DNA from: an uncultured Solirubrobacteraceae bacterium
GTDB taxonomy: Bacteria > Actinomycetota > Thermoleophilia > Solirubrobacterales > Solirubrobacteraceae
NCBI GenBank assembly: GCA_963729155.1
Contig: CAVSMP010000015.1
Coordinates: 93,797 to 157,796 of the forward strand
Direction of reading: 5' to 3'
Length of the DNA stretch: 64,000 nucleotides
The notes under the pieces were generated by a model. The model was given only the letters and a program-made list of their open reading frames with translations. It did not search any database and had not been told where the DNA came from. Position 1 is the first letter of the stretch. The number at the start of each line of letters is the position of its first letter. The position numbers were made by a program, and so were the translations under genes. Below are positions 48,641 through 57,802 of this stretch, piece by piece.

Positions 48641-50227
48641 CTAGGACGCCGACGGCGCCGGCTGGGGCGTCGTCTCCGGCGTGGGTGCCGGGGTCGGCTC
48701 CGGCGTGGGGGTGACCGTCGGGTCGGGGGTGGGCTCCGGCGTCGGCTCGGTGGTCGGGCCCGGCGTCGGCTCCGGGCGTGGGCTTCGCGGTCTGCTCCGG
48801 CGGCGGCTGGGTGGCGGCCGGCTGCGTGGACTCGGAGGGCGGCGGGGAGGTGCCGGGGCCGAGCGAGCCGGAGCCGGGCTCGGCGGAGCCGGTCGGTCTC
48901 GGTCGGCAGCGTGCTCGTGTCGCCGTCGTGCTGCTCGGTGTTCGGCGCCGCGGCGTCGCCATCGGCGGCGGCGGGCAGCGGCTTGGCGGCGACCTTGCGG
49001 CTCGGCGGCCACGTCGTCTCGCGCCGGGCTTCGCGGCGGCCTTCGGCCGCCTGCTCCCGGCGCGGCTCGGCGACGGGCTGCGGGGCGGAGCCGACGGGCA
49101 CGGGGACCGGCGTGGACTGCGCCGCGGCAGCGGCCGGCGCCTGCGGCGCGACGGCGGCGAGCGTGGTGGCGCCGCCCGCGCCGCGGTCCTTGCCGGCGAC
49201 GTGCTTGACCTCGGCGGCGCCCGCGGTGACGATCGCGGCGGCGGCGAGCCCGGCGACCGCCTTGGTCGCCAGCGTGCTCATGCCGGCCTGCAGCGCGCCG
49301 CCCGCGGCGGCCGCGCCGCCCGCGCCGGCGGCCGCGGTGCCGCCCGAGGCCGCGGAGGTCGGCGCCGAGCTGGGCGAGTATCGTCTTCTTGAGCAGGAAC
49401 AGCGGGCCGACCGGGTACAGCACGGCCATCGCGCGGTTGTTGGCGCGCAGCTGCTTGCGGAAGTGCGCGCAGCGCTCGCACGTGCGCATGTGGCGGCGGA
49501 CGGGCGCGGTGGTGCGGGCGATGCCCTCGGCGACGGCGCCGAGCTCCACGCGGACCTCGTCGCAGGACAGCAGGCGCGCCTGGGCGGCCTCGGCCAGCGA
49601 GACCCGCGCGCGCACGAGCAGCGACTTCACCGACGGAACGGTGGTCTCCATCGCCTCGGCGATCTGCTCGTAGGAGAGCGCGTCGATCTCGCGCAGCAGC
49701 AGCGCGGTGCGCTGCGTCTCGGGCAGGTCCTGCACGTCGGCGATCAGGAGCCGGAACTCCTCGCGCTTGTGCACCTTGTCGGCCGTGCTCAGGCCGCCCT
49801 CGGAGAGGTGCACGTCCATCGAGTCCACGCCGACCGCGGTCGCGCGGCGCAGGTGGTTGAGCGAGCGGTTGCGCGCGATCCGGTACAGCCACGGGCGCAC
49901 GTTGATCTCGCGCTCGTCCGCGAGGATCGCGTTGAACGCGGCCGCGAACACCTCCTGCAGCACGTCCTCGGCGTCCTCCTTGGAGGACAGCATGTGCCGG
50001 CAGAAGGCCAGCAGCCGCGACTGGTAGCGGCCCACGAGCGCCTCGAAGGCGTGCTGGTTGCCGCGTCGGACGAGCGCGATCAGGCGCTCGTCGGACTGCA
50101 GCCGCAACAGAGGCGAGCGGCCATGAAGCCCGGCAGCGGCTCCGGTCTGGTGTAGAGCAGAGGATTCCACGCGGAAGACCAGTCCCGCCCGGATCAACTC
50201 CTGAGGAGGCGGGAAAGTTGCGAGCAT
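48641..50227 (-). pseudogene. ECF sigma factor fused in one frame to a zf-HC2 anti-sigma domain, TM segment and Pro/Thr-rich tail; three +1 frameshifts in the tail
   Basis: Sigma part: ERLIALVRRGNQHAFEALVGRYQSRLLAFCRHML...RPWLYRIARNRSLNHLRR...LPETQRTALLLREIDALSYEQIAEAM. With no intervening stop it continues LSCDEVRVELGAV...HMRTCERCAHFRKQL (HxxxCxxC). The tail is readable only by shifting frame near 49361-49366, 48889-48896 and 48772-48778. It ends ...TPEPTPAPTPETTPQPAPSAS. GTG at about 50171 is an alternative start. Confidence 0.7.
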
Positions 50228-50275
50228 GCAGGGTAGCGAGGCCTTCCTGCATGCGCAGGTAAGGTTCGCCCTGCT

Positions 50276-50359
50276 GCCCGGGTGGTGGAACTGGCGAGAC
50301 GCATCGCGCTTAAACCCGACTGCCTTCAGGGCGTGTGGGTTCGAGTCCCACCCCGGGCA
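50276..50359 (+). tRNA. tRNA-Leu (anticodon TAA), class II with long variable arm; anticodon stem does not close canonically by hand
   Basis: GCCCGGGTGGTGGAACTGGCGAGACGCATCGCGCTTAAACCCGACTGCCTTCAGGGCGTGTGGGTTCGAGTCCCACCCCGGGCA. Acceptor is GCCCGGG/CCCGGGC, T-arm GTGGG-TTCGAGT-CCCAC, loop CTTAAAC. The 5' stem TCGCG faces 3' CCGAC. Confidence 0.75.
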
Positions 50360-50388
50360 TGTGGCATGCCACATGCCACACGTGAGAT

Positions 50389-51408
50389 TCAGCGGATGGA
50401 TCGCTCGCTGAGCTCGAGCGCCTGGGCGGCGTTCTGGCGCGTCACGAAGTTCGCGCCCGTGGCGACGACGTCGCCCTGGGCGGGCAGGATGCCGTAGCGG
50501 GCGCGGTTGGCGAGCATGACCACGGGGAGGTAGCCCTGGAGGTAGGGCTGCTGGTCGACGGCGAACAGGATCTTGCCCCGCGTCGACGGCGCGCAGGATG
50601 TCCGGGCCCAGGTCGAAGGCGGCGACCTCGACCCGGCCGGCGCGGCGGGTGCTCGCGACGGCATCGACGGCGTGCAGGGCGCCGAGCGGAGTTGGTGGCG
50701 AGGACGCCGTCGATGCGGTCGGTGACCACGGCGGCGGCGATCTTCTTCGGCGTGTCGGCGCTCTGGTCGTCGATCCCGAGCACGCGCGCGCTGCCGCCGG
50801 CGTCGCGCATGGCGCGGTCCAGCCCGTCGCAGCGGGCGTCGAGGCCGAGGTTGCCGACCTGCTGGTTGACACACAGCGCGCGTCTCACGCCCGCGCGCGC
50901 GAGGCGGCGGCCGGCGGAGAGCCCCGCGCGGCTCCTCGGGCTGGCCGACGTGGGCGAGCACGCCGAGCGAGCGGAAGACGTCGCTGCCGGAGTTGATGGT
51001 GATGACGGGGATGCCGGCCTTCACCGCGCGCCGGATCGCGGGCGAGAGCCCCGGCTCCGGGAAGGAGACGACCAGCCCGTCCGGCTTGGAGGCGACCGCG
51101 TCGTCGATGAGCGTCGACCATGCGCGGCAGCGAGTAGACGTCCGGCGCCTCGTAGTCGACCTGCACGTTCATCTGGCGCTGCGCCGCCTCCACGCCGGTG
51201 CGCACGATCGCCCAGAACGGGCTCGAGGCCTGGCCGTGCGTGACGACCGCGATCCGCGGCGTGTCCTCGGAGGCCGGGGCGCCGGGCGCGCCCGTCGGTC
51301 TGCGGCTCGCCGCCCGTGACGGTGATCGACGGCTCCTGGCGGACCGTCGTCTCGCCGCAGCCCGCGAGCGCCGCCAGGAGCGAGGAGGAGGGCGACGTAC
51401 CGGGCCAT
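50389..51408 (-). pseudogene. periplasmic sugar-binding lipoprotein (RbsB / PBP type I family), six +1 frameshifts
   Basis: Readable only by stepping through three frames. The chain is MARYVALLL / LAALAGCGETTVRQEP / APGAPASEDTPRIAVVTHGQASSPFWAIVRTGVEAAQ...[13 protein letters not shown] / [46 protein letters not shown]...HVGQPE / [35 protein letters not shown]...VLATNS / [10 protein letters not shown]...[16 protein letters not shown] / [21 protein letters not shown]... Confidence 0.75.
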
Positions 51409-51588
51409 CTGCGGCGCACTCTAGGCAGGCCCGGACACCCGCGCCAGTCGGGATAACCGGCCGGTGTGTGCGCCGATCACGCGACGCCGCAAGTTTCGGG
51501 GCTCGGCCGCGTTTGGGGCCTTCTCCGAACGGAGACGTTTTCACGGCCCGAATCCGGGGGATCGGTCCAGACGACCTAGAGGGGGAGA

Positions 51589-52972
51589 TTGAGGGCTAGC
51601 GCACCCATCGCACGGATGATCGCCCTGGTCGCCATCGCGGCGGCCGCGGTCCTGGCTGCGCTGCTCCTGCTCGGCGGCGGGACCGGCGGATACACCGTCA
51701 AGGCCCGGTTCCAGAACGCGTCCCAGCTGGTGAAGGGCAATCTCGTGCAGGTGAGCGGCCAGTCGGTCGGCAAGGTCGAGAACATCGACCTCACGCCGGA
51801 CGGCCAGGCCGAGGTCACGATGTCGATCGACGACGCCCACGCGCCGCTGCGCCGCGGCACGCGCGCGATCGTGCGCCAGGCGTCGCTGTCGGGCATCGCG
51901 AACCGCTACGTGGACCTCACGCTGCCCGCCCAGACCGCGGCCAAGATCCCCGACGGCGGGGTGATCGGCCAGGACGCGACGACGTCCGCGGTCGACCTGG
52001 ACCAGCTCTTCAACACGCTCGACCCCGACACCCGCAAGGACCTGCAGGCGGTCTTCAAGGGCTCGCGCAAGCAGTACGAGGGCCAGGGCCAGGCGATGAA
52101 CGAGGGCCTGCTGTACCTCAACCCGTCGCTGTCGGCCTCGAGCAAGCTCTTCAACGAGCTCAACCGCGACACGCCGCTGCTCGAGCGCTTCGTCGTCGCC
52201 TCCTCCAAGCTCGTCACCGACCTCGCCGACCGCCAGGGCGACCTCGCCGGGCTCGTCGACAACCTCGCCACCACGACGACCGCGATCGGCTCCGAGCAGG
52301 CCGCGCTGGCCGACGCGATCGAGCCAGCTGCCGCCGTTCATGCGCCGGGCCAACACGACGTTCCTGAACCTGCGCGCCACGCTCGACGACCTCGACCCGC
52401 TCGTCGAGGAGTCCAAGCCCGTCGCGAAGAAGCTGCGCCCGTTCATGGACGAGCTGCGCCCGCTCGCACGCGACGCGCGGCCGACGTTCGCCGACCTGGC
52501 GGAGATGCTGCGCCGGCCCGGCGCCGACAACGACGCGCTCGAGCTGACCCGCCTGCAGCCGTCGCTGCGCGACGCGACCGTGCGCGAGGTGGAGGCCAAC
52601 GGCAAGGAGCGCCAGGCCGCCTTCCCGGCGATCACCCGCGCGCTGAAGGACTCCGCGCCGATCGTCGCCTCCGTCCGCCCCTACGCGCCGGACGCGCTCG
52701 GCTGGTTCGACGACTTCAGCCACTCCGGCATCTACGACGCGCTCGGCGCCGCCTCGCGCGTGGGCATCCACGCGAGCGCCTTCGTGGCGGCCAACGGCCA
52801 GCTCTCGCCCGTGCCGCCCGAGCTGCGCAGCGCCGCCTTCGAGTCGGCCGCGGCGCTCAACCAGCGCAACCGCTGCCCGGGCTGCGCCGAGCACAGGAAC
52901 CCCGACGGCTCCAACCCGTGGAAGCCCGCCGAGGTCGACTGCGATCCCAGCCAGGTCCTGCCGGGGAAGTAG
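51589..52972 (+). pseudogene. MCE/MlaD-family protein 1 of 6; one +1 frameshift at 52324-52325
   Basis: TTG start after GGGGGAG, N-terminal TM, then YTVKARFQNASQLVKGNLVQVSGQSVGKVENIDL (MlaD domain). After ...ALADAIE the protein continues in the frame of ORF 52340..52972 (LPPFMRRANTTFLNLRATLDDL...). Removing one C from GAGCCAGCTG restores the frame. Confidence 0.8.
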
Positions 52973-52974
52973 GC

Positions 52975-54714
52975 ATGCGGCGGATCGTCTCCACACTCCT
53001 CCTGCTCGCCGTCGCCGGCGGCGCCGCGCTCGCCCTCGGGGCCGGCGGCGAGGGGCCGGACAAGCCGACCTACAAGGTCGTGCTCGACAACGCCTTCGGG
53101 CTCGTGACGGGCGCGGACATGAAGGTCGCGGGCGTGCGCGCGGGCAAGATCAAGAGCCTCGAGGTCGACCGCAAGACGCACAAGGCGATCGTCGAGTTCG
53201 AGATCACCGAGGACGGGCTTCGGCTCCCTGCGCAAGGACGTCGCAGTGCGAGTCGCGCCCGCAGTCGCTGATCGGCGAGTACTACATCGACTGCAAGCCC
53301 GGCACCGCGTCGGAGAAGCTCGCCAACGGCGCGACGATCCCCGTCGAGCAGACGACCTCGACGATCCCCATCGACCTCGTCAACAACGTGCTGCGCCGCC
53401 CCTACCGCGAGCGCCTGGCGATCATCCTCGACGAGCTCGGCGCCGGCGTGGCGGGCCGCGCCGAGGACATCAACGACGTCATCCGCCGCGCCAGCCCGGC
53501 GCTGCGCGAGACCGACCGCGTGCTGGCCAAGCTCGCGTCGCAGAACCAGACGCTCAAGCAGCTCGTCACCGACGCGGACACGGTGCTCGGCGACCTCGCC
53601 GACAACAAGAGGGACGTCGGCCGCTGGGTCGTGGAGACCAAGGAGACCGCCGCCGCCTCGGCCGAGCGCCGCGACGACATCGCCGCCGGCCTGCGGCGCC
53701 TGCCGACCTTCCTGCGCGAGCTGCGCCCGACGATGGCCGCGCTCGGCGACGCCTCCGAGGCCCAGACGCCCGCGCTGCAGAACCTCAGCGCCTCCGCCGA
53801 GCCAGCTCGCCACCTTCCTCGAGAACCTCAAGCCGCTGTCGGAGTCCACGCAGGTCAACCTGCGCTCGCTCGCCGAGGCCTCGCGCAAGGGCCGCCCCGC
53901 CGTGAAGGCCGCGCAGCCCGTCGTCGCCGAGCTCAACCAGGCCACCAAGCAGGCGCCCGAGCTGGCCAACAACGCCGCGATCGTCTTCGAGCACCTCAAC
54001 GACCGCAAGAACGCCGTCGAGAAGGACCCGCGCTCACCGGGCGGCCAGGGCTACACGGGCTTCGAGGCGGTCCTGCAGTGGGTCTTCGACCAGTCGCAGG
54101 CGGTCAACATCTACGACAAGAACGGCTACATCCTCAAGGTCAACCTCTTCCACTCCAAGTGCTCGAGCTACCAGAACCCGAAGACGCTCAAGGAGGAGAT
54201 GGAGAAGGACCCGAGCTTCTACAAGGACTGCGCCGCGATCCTGGGGCCCAACCAGCCGAGCATCACCACGCCCGACCCGACCGCGAGCGGCAACCAGTTC
54301 GCCTCCTCCGGGCCCCAGCAGCAGTCCAAGGCGAAGCCCGAGCGCAAGCAGGAGTCCAAGCCAGACGCCGGGCAGCCTGAGCGCAGCGTCCCCGAGCAGG
54401 CGCAGGGCCCGCTCGACGAGGTCAAGAAGAAGCTCGACAAGGACGAGCTGCGCAAGCGCGCCATCGAGCGCCTGCGCGAAGCCATCGAGAAGGGCGGCCA
54501 GGACGTCGACAAGCTGCGCGAGCGCCTCGAGGACCGCCTCGGCATCGAGCTGCCCGCGCCCGACAAGCTGCCCGAGGCCCCGAGCAACCCGGCGCCCAGC
54601 ATCCCGACCCCGAGCTTCCCGGCCCCGGCCCCGAGCGTCCCGGCCCCGCAGGTGCCGAGCGTTCCGAACACGGGCGCCACCGGCCAGCTCCTCGACTACC
54701 TCCTCGCGCCATGA
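52975..54714 (+). pseudogene. MCE/MlaD-family protein 2 of 6; three +1 frameshifts (about 53215, 53245, 53802)
   Basis: MRRIVSTLLLLAVAGG...YKVVLDNAFGLVTGADMKVAGVRAGKIKSLEV...ITEDG / FGSLRKDV / CESRPQSLIGEYYIDCKPG...LQNLSASAE / QLATFLENLKPLSES... with a Pro-rich C-terminus. The pieces lie in the frames of track ORFs 51589.., 53246.., 53388.. and 53902.. Confidence 0.8.
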
Positions 54715-56240
54715 AGAAGACCGGCGCCGGCATCGCATCCAACCCCGTCCTCGTCGGCGGCGTGACGATCCTCGTCGTGATCGTCGCGGTCTTCCTGTCC
54801 TACAACGCCAACAAGGGCCTGCCCTTCGTGCCCACGACGTCGCTGAAGGTGCGCGTGCCCAACGGCGCCAACCTCGTGCCCGGCAACGACATCCGCTCGG
54901 GCGGCAGCCGCGTGGGCGTGATCGACAAGATGCGCCCCGTCCGCGAGCGCGATGGCAAGGTCGTCGCCGAGCTCGACCTCAAGCTCGACAAGCGCATCGG
55001 CGACATCCCGAGTGACTCGACGTTCCGCATCCGCCCGCGCTCCGCGCTCGGCCTGAAGTACCTCGAGCTCCAGGAGGGCTCCAGCGACGACGCGTTCGCC
55101 AACGGCGACACCGTCCCGGCCGACCAGGGCAGCGCGGCGACGGACATCGACGAGGTCCTGAAGATGTTCGACGCCGAGACGCGCAAGGCCAGCCAGGAGA
55201 ACCTGCGCGGCTTCGGCGACGCGTTCGCCGGGCGCGGCCAGTCGGTCGGGCGCACGATCGAGGAGCTGCCCAGGTTCCTCGAGCACCTGCAGCCCGTGAT
55301 GAGCAACCTGGCCGACCCGGACACCCAGCTCACCCGCTTCTTCGACGAGCTCGCCGACGCCGCCCGCATCGTCGCGCCGGTCTCGCAGCAGCAGGCCGAC
55401 CTGTTCACCTCGATGGCCGACACCTTCGAGGCGCTCGGCCGCGACGAGGGCGCGCTCAAGCAGACGATCTCCGACTCGCCGCCGACGATGGACGTCGCGA
55501 TCGAGTCCTTCCGCGTGCAGCGGCCGTTCCTGGCCAACCTCGAGGGCTTCGGGGAGGACTTCGCGCCGGCTACCGCCGAGCTGCGCGGCGCGCTGCCGAC
55601 GCTCAACCGCGCCATCGACGTCGCGATCCCGGTCAACGAGCGCGCGCCCGACCTCAACGAGGAGCTCGGCAAGACCCTCGACCAGCTGCGCGAGCTGGCC
55701 GAGGCGCCCGGCACGCTGCCCGGCATCCGCGGCCTCGGCGCGACCGTGACCACGCTCAACCCGCAGCTGAAGTTCTACGGGCCGTTCGTGACGGTCTGCA
55801 ACTCGCCCAACTACTTCTTCACGTACCTGGCCGAGCACTTCTCCGAGCCGGACACGACGGGCTCCGCGCAGCGCGCGCTGGCCAACACGGCCGGGCCCCA
55901 GGACGACGGCGTCGGCTCGATGGGCGCCGACGAGCCGGCCAACGGCCAGAACACGAAGGAGGGCGCGCAGCAGTTCGCTCAGAACCAGCCGTACGCGGCG
56001 GCCATCACACCCGAAGGGCGCGCGGACTGCGAGACGGGCCAGCGCGGCTGGCTGCAGCGCAACGCCGGCGGGCTGGACAAGAAGTACCAGGTCAACCTCA
56101 ACCCGCGGACGCCGGGCGCGCAGGGCCCGACCTTCAGGGGCAACCCGCGCGTGCCCGAGGGCCAGACGTTCACCGCCGCCCCCGAGACGAGCGACTTCCT
56201 GCAGATGGCCCCGTCCGAGTCCGAGCCGGGTATCCGATGA
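54711..56240 (+). CDS. MCE/MlaD-family protein 3 of 6
   Basis: N-terminal TM, then LKVRVPNGANLVPGNDIRSGGSRVGVIDKM...RIRPRSALGLKYLEL. ATGA overlap with the previous gene. Confidence 0.88.
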   Translation: MKKTGAGIASNPVLVGGVTILVVIVAVFLSYNANKGLPFVPTTSLKVRVPNGANLVPGNDIRSGGSRVGVIDKMRPVRERDGKVVAELDLKLDKRIGDIPSDSTFRIRPRSALGLKYLELQEGSSDDAFANGDTVPADQGSAATDIDEVLKMFDAETRKASQENLRGFGDAFAGRGQSVGRTIEELPRFLEHLQPVMSNLADPDTQLTRFFDELADAARIVAPVSQQQADLFTSMADTFEALGRDEGALKQTISDSPPTMDVAIESFRVQRPFLANLEGFGEDFAPATAELRGALPTLNRAIDVAIPVNERAPDLNEELGKTLDQLRELAEAPGTLPGIRGLGATVTTLNPQLKFYGPFVTVCNSPNYFFTYLAEHFSEPDTTGSAQRALANTAGPQDDGVGSMGADEPANGQNTKEGAQQFAQNQPYAAAITPEGRADCETGQRGWLQRNAGGLDKKYQVNLNPRTPGAQGPTFRGNPRVPEGQTFTAAPETSDFLQMAPSESEPGIR

Positions 56241-57802
56241 GAGCGGCCAAGCGACTGAAGCCGAAGAACAACGCGGGCATCGCGCTGCTCGCGCTCGCGA
56301 TCATCCTGCCGCTGACCTACCTCGGCTTCACCAAGTCGATCCCGTTCAAGCCGCAGTACGAGATCAAGGCCGCCTTCGAGTCCTCCAACAACCTCAAGAA
56401 GGGCTCGCCCGTGCGCATCGCCGGCGTCGAGGTGGGCAAGGTCACGAAGGTCGAGCCGGCCTCGAGCGACGGCAGCAGCACCGCCGCCGTGGTCACGATG
56501 ACCGTCGGCAAGGCCGGCCGCCCGATCCACGAGGACGCGCGCGCGAAGATCCGCCCGCGCATCTTCCTCGAGGGCAACTTCTTCGTCGACATCGAGCCGG
56601 GCACGCCGGGGAGCGCGGAGATCGCCGACAACGCCACGATCCCGATCAACCAGACCGCCGTCCCCGTGCAGTTCGACCAGCTGCTGACCTCGCTGCAGAG
56701 CGACACGCGCGAGGACCTCAAGACGCTGCTCGACGAGTACGGCAAGGCGCTGGACAAGGGCGGCGCCGAGGCATTCAACCGCTCGATCCCGTACTGGAAG
56801 AGCGCCTACCGCGACACCGCGATCGTCAGCGAGGCCTCACTCGGCCAGACCGAGCACGACCTCTCGGGCTACATCAAGGGCGCGGGCGCGACGGCCGCCG
56901 CGCTGGACCGCAACCCCGAGCAGCTCAAGAGCCTCATCACCGACTTCAACACGACCGCCGGCGCGTTCGCGCGCGAGCAGGACAACCTGCGCACGGCGAT
57001 CGCCGAGCTGCCGCGGACACTGCGCGCCGCCCAGCCCGCGCTCGGCTCGCTCAACGCGTCCTTCCCGTCGCTGCGCGCGTTCACCGCCGACCTGCGGCCG
57101 GGCGTGCGCTCCTCCGAGGCCGCGCTGGACGCCTCGATCCCGCTCGTACGCCAGCTGCGCGGGCTGGTCTCCCAGGAGGAGCTGCGCGGCCTCGCCGCGG
57201 ACCTGCGGCCGACGATCCCGGCGCTGGCGCGCCTGACACGCGAGAGCATCCCGCTGACCGAGCAGAACCGCGCCCTGGCGAGCTGCCAGAACGAGGTCGT
57301 CCTCAAGTGGGCGAACGACAAGCTCGAGGACAAGCAGTTCCCGGCGCAGGGCCCGGTGTACACCGAGGCGCCGAAGGCGTTCCCCGGCCTCGCGGGCGAG
57401 AGCCGCGCGGGTGACGCCAACGGCCAGTGGTTCCGCGTCCTGGCCGCCGGCGGCACGAACCTCGTGCAGCTCGCGCCCGGCGTGTTCGGCTCGACGCTGA
57501 ACCCGATCCTCGGCGCCAACCCGCCCAAGCCGACGGCCCGCCCGCCGCTGGACGAGTCGCAGCCGTGCGAGAACCAGGCGGCGCCGGACCTGCGCACCCA
57601 GCCCGGCGACCCGCCCAAGCAGTGGACGGCCGACACGAGCACGCAGCTGTTCAAGGACCGCTACGCGCGCGCCAAGGAGCGCGCCGTGGACTGGCTCAGG
57701 GGCGAGATCAAGCAGGACAAGCTCACGGACAAGCTCGAGGTGCTCGACGAGGACGCCACGAAGGGCCTGATCGATCAGCTCGCGGGGGGCAAGGCGCCGT
57801 GA
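56237..57802 (+). CDS. MCE/MlaD-family protein 4 of 6
   Basis: N-terminal TM, then YEIKAAFESSNNLKKGSPVRIAGVEVGKVTKVE...IRPRIFLEGNFFVDIEPG. ATGA overlap. Confidence 0.88.
   Translation: MRAAKRLKPKNNAGIALLALAIILPLTYLGFTKSIPFKPQYEIKAAFESSNNLKKGSPVRIAGVEVGKVTKVEPASSDGSSTAAVVTMTVGKAGRPIHEDARAKIRPRIFLEGNFFVDIEPGTPGSAEIADNATIPINQTAVPVQFDQLLTSLQSDTREDLKTLLDEYGKALDKGGAEAFNRSIPYWKSAYRDTAIVSEASLGQTEHDLSGYIKGAGATAAALDRNPEQLKSLITDFNTTAGAFAREQDNLRTAIAELPRTLRAAQPALGSLNASFPSLRAFTADLRPGVRSSEAALDASIPLVRQLRGLVSQEELRGLAADLRPTIPALARLTRESIPLTEQNRALASCQNEVVLKWANDKLEDKQFPAQGPVYTEAPKAFPGLAGESRAGDANGQWFRVLAAGGTNLVQLAPGVFGSTLNPILGANPPKPTARPPLDESQPCENQAAPDLRTQPGDPPKQWTADTSTQLFKDRYARAKERAVDWLRGEIKQDKLTDKLEVLDEDATKGLIDQLAGGKAP

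Noticed and set aside
48641-50872. 743-aa minus-strand ORF read as one protein.
   Set aside because: It is a chimera. Its N-terminal third is one of the shifted frames of the sugar-binding gene and reads through tRNA-Leu. Only the part from about 50227 downward (the sigma/anti-sigma fusion) is real.
50276-51420. tRNA-Leu as the attachment site of a genomic island or prophage.
   Set aside because: No integrase, excisionase, phage or transposase genes were found. I found no repeat of the tRNA 3' end further downstream in the window.
48137-53808. Programmed ribosomal frameshifting or transcriptional slippage as an explanation for the shifted genes.
   Set aside because: There are too many sites (up to six in one 1-kb gene), in unrelated gene families. 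I saw no shared slippery heptamer or downstream structure. The pattern fits base-calling error far better.
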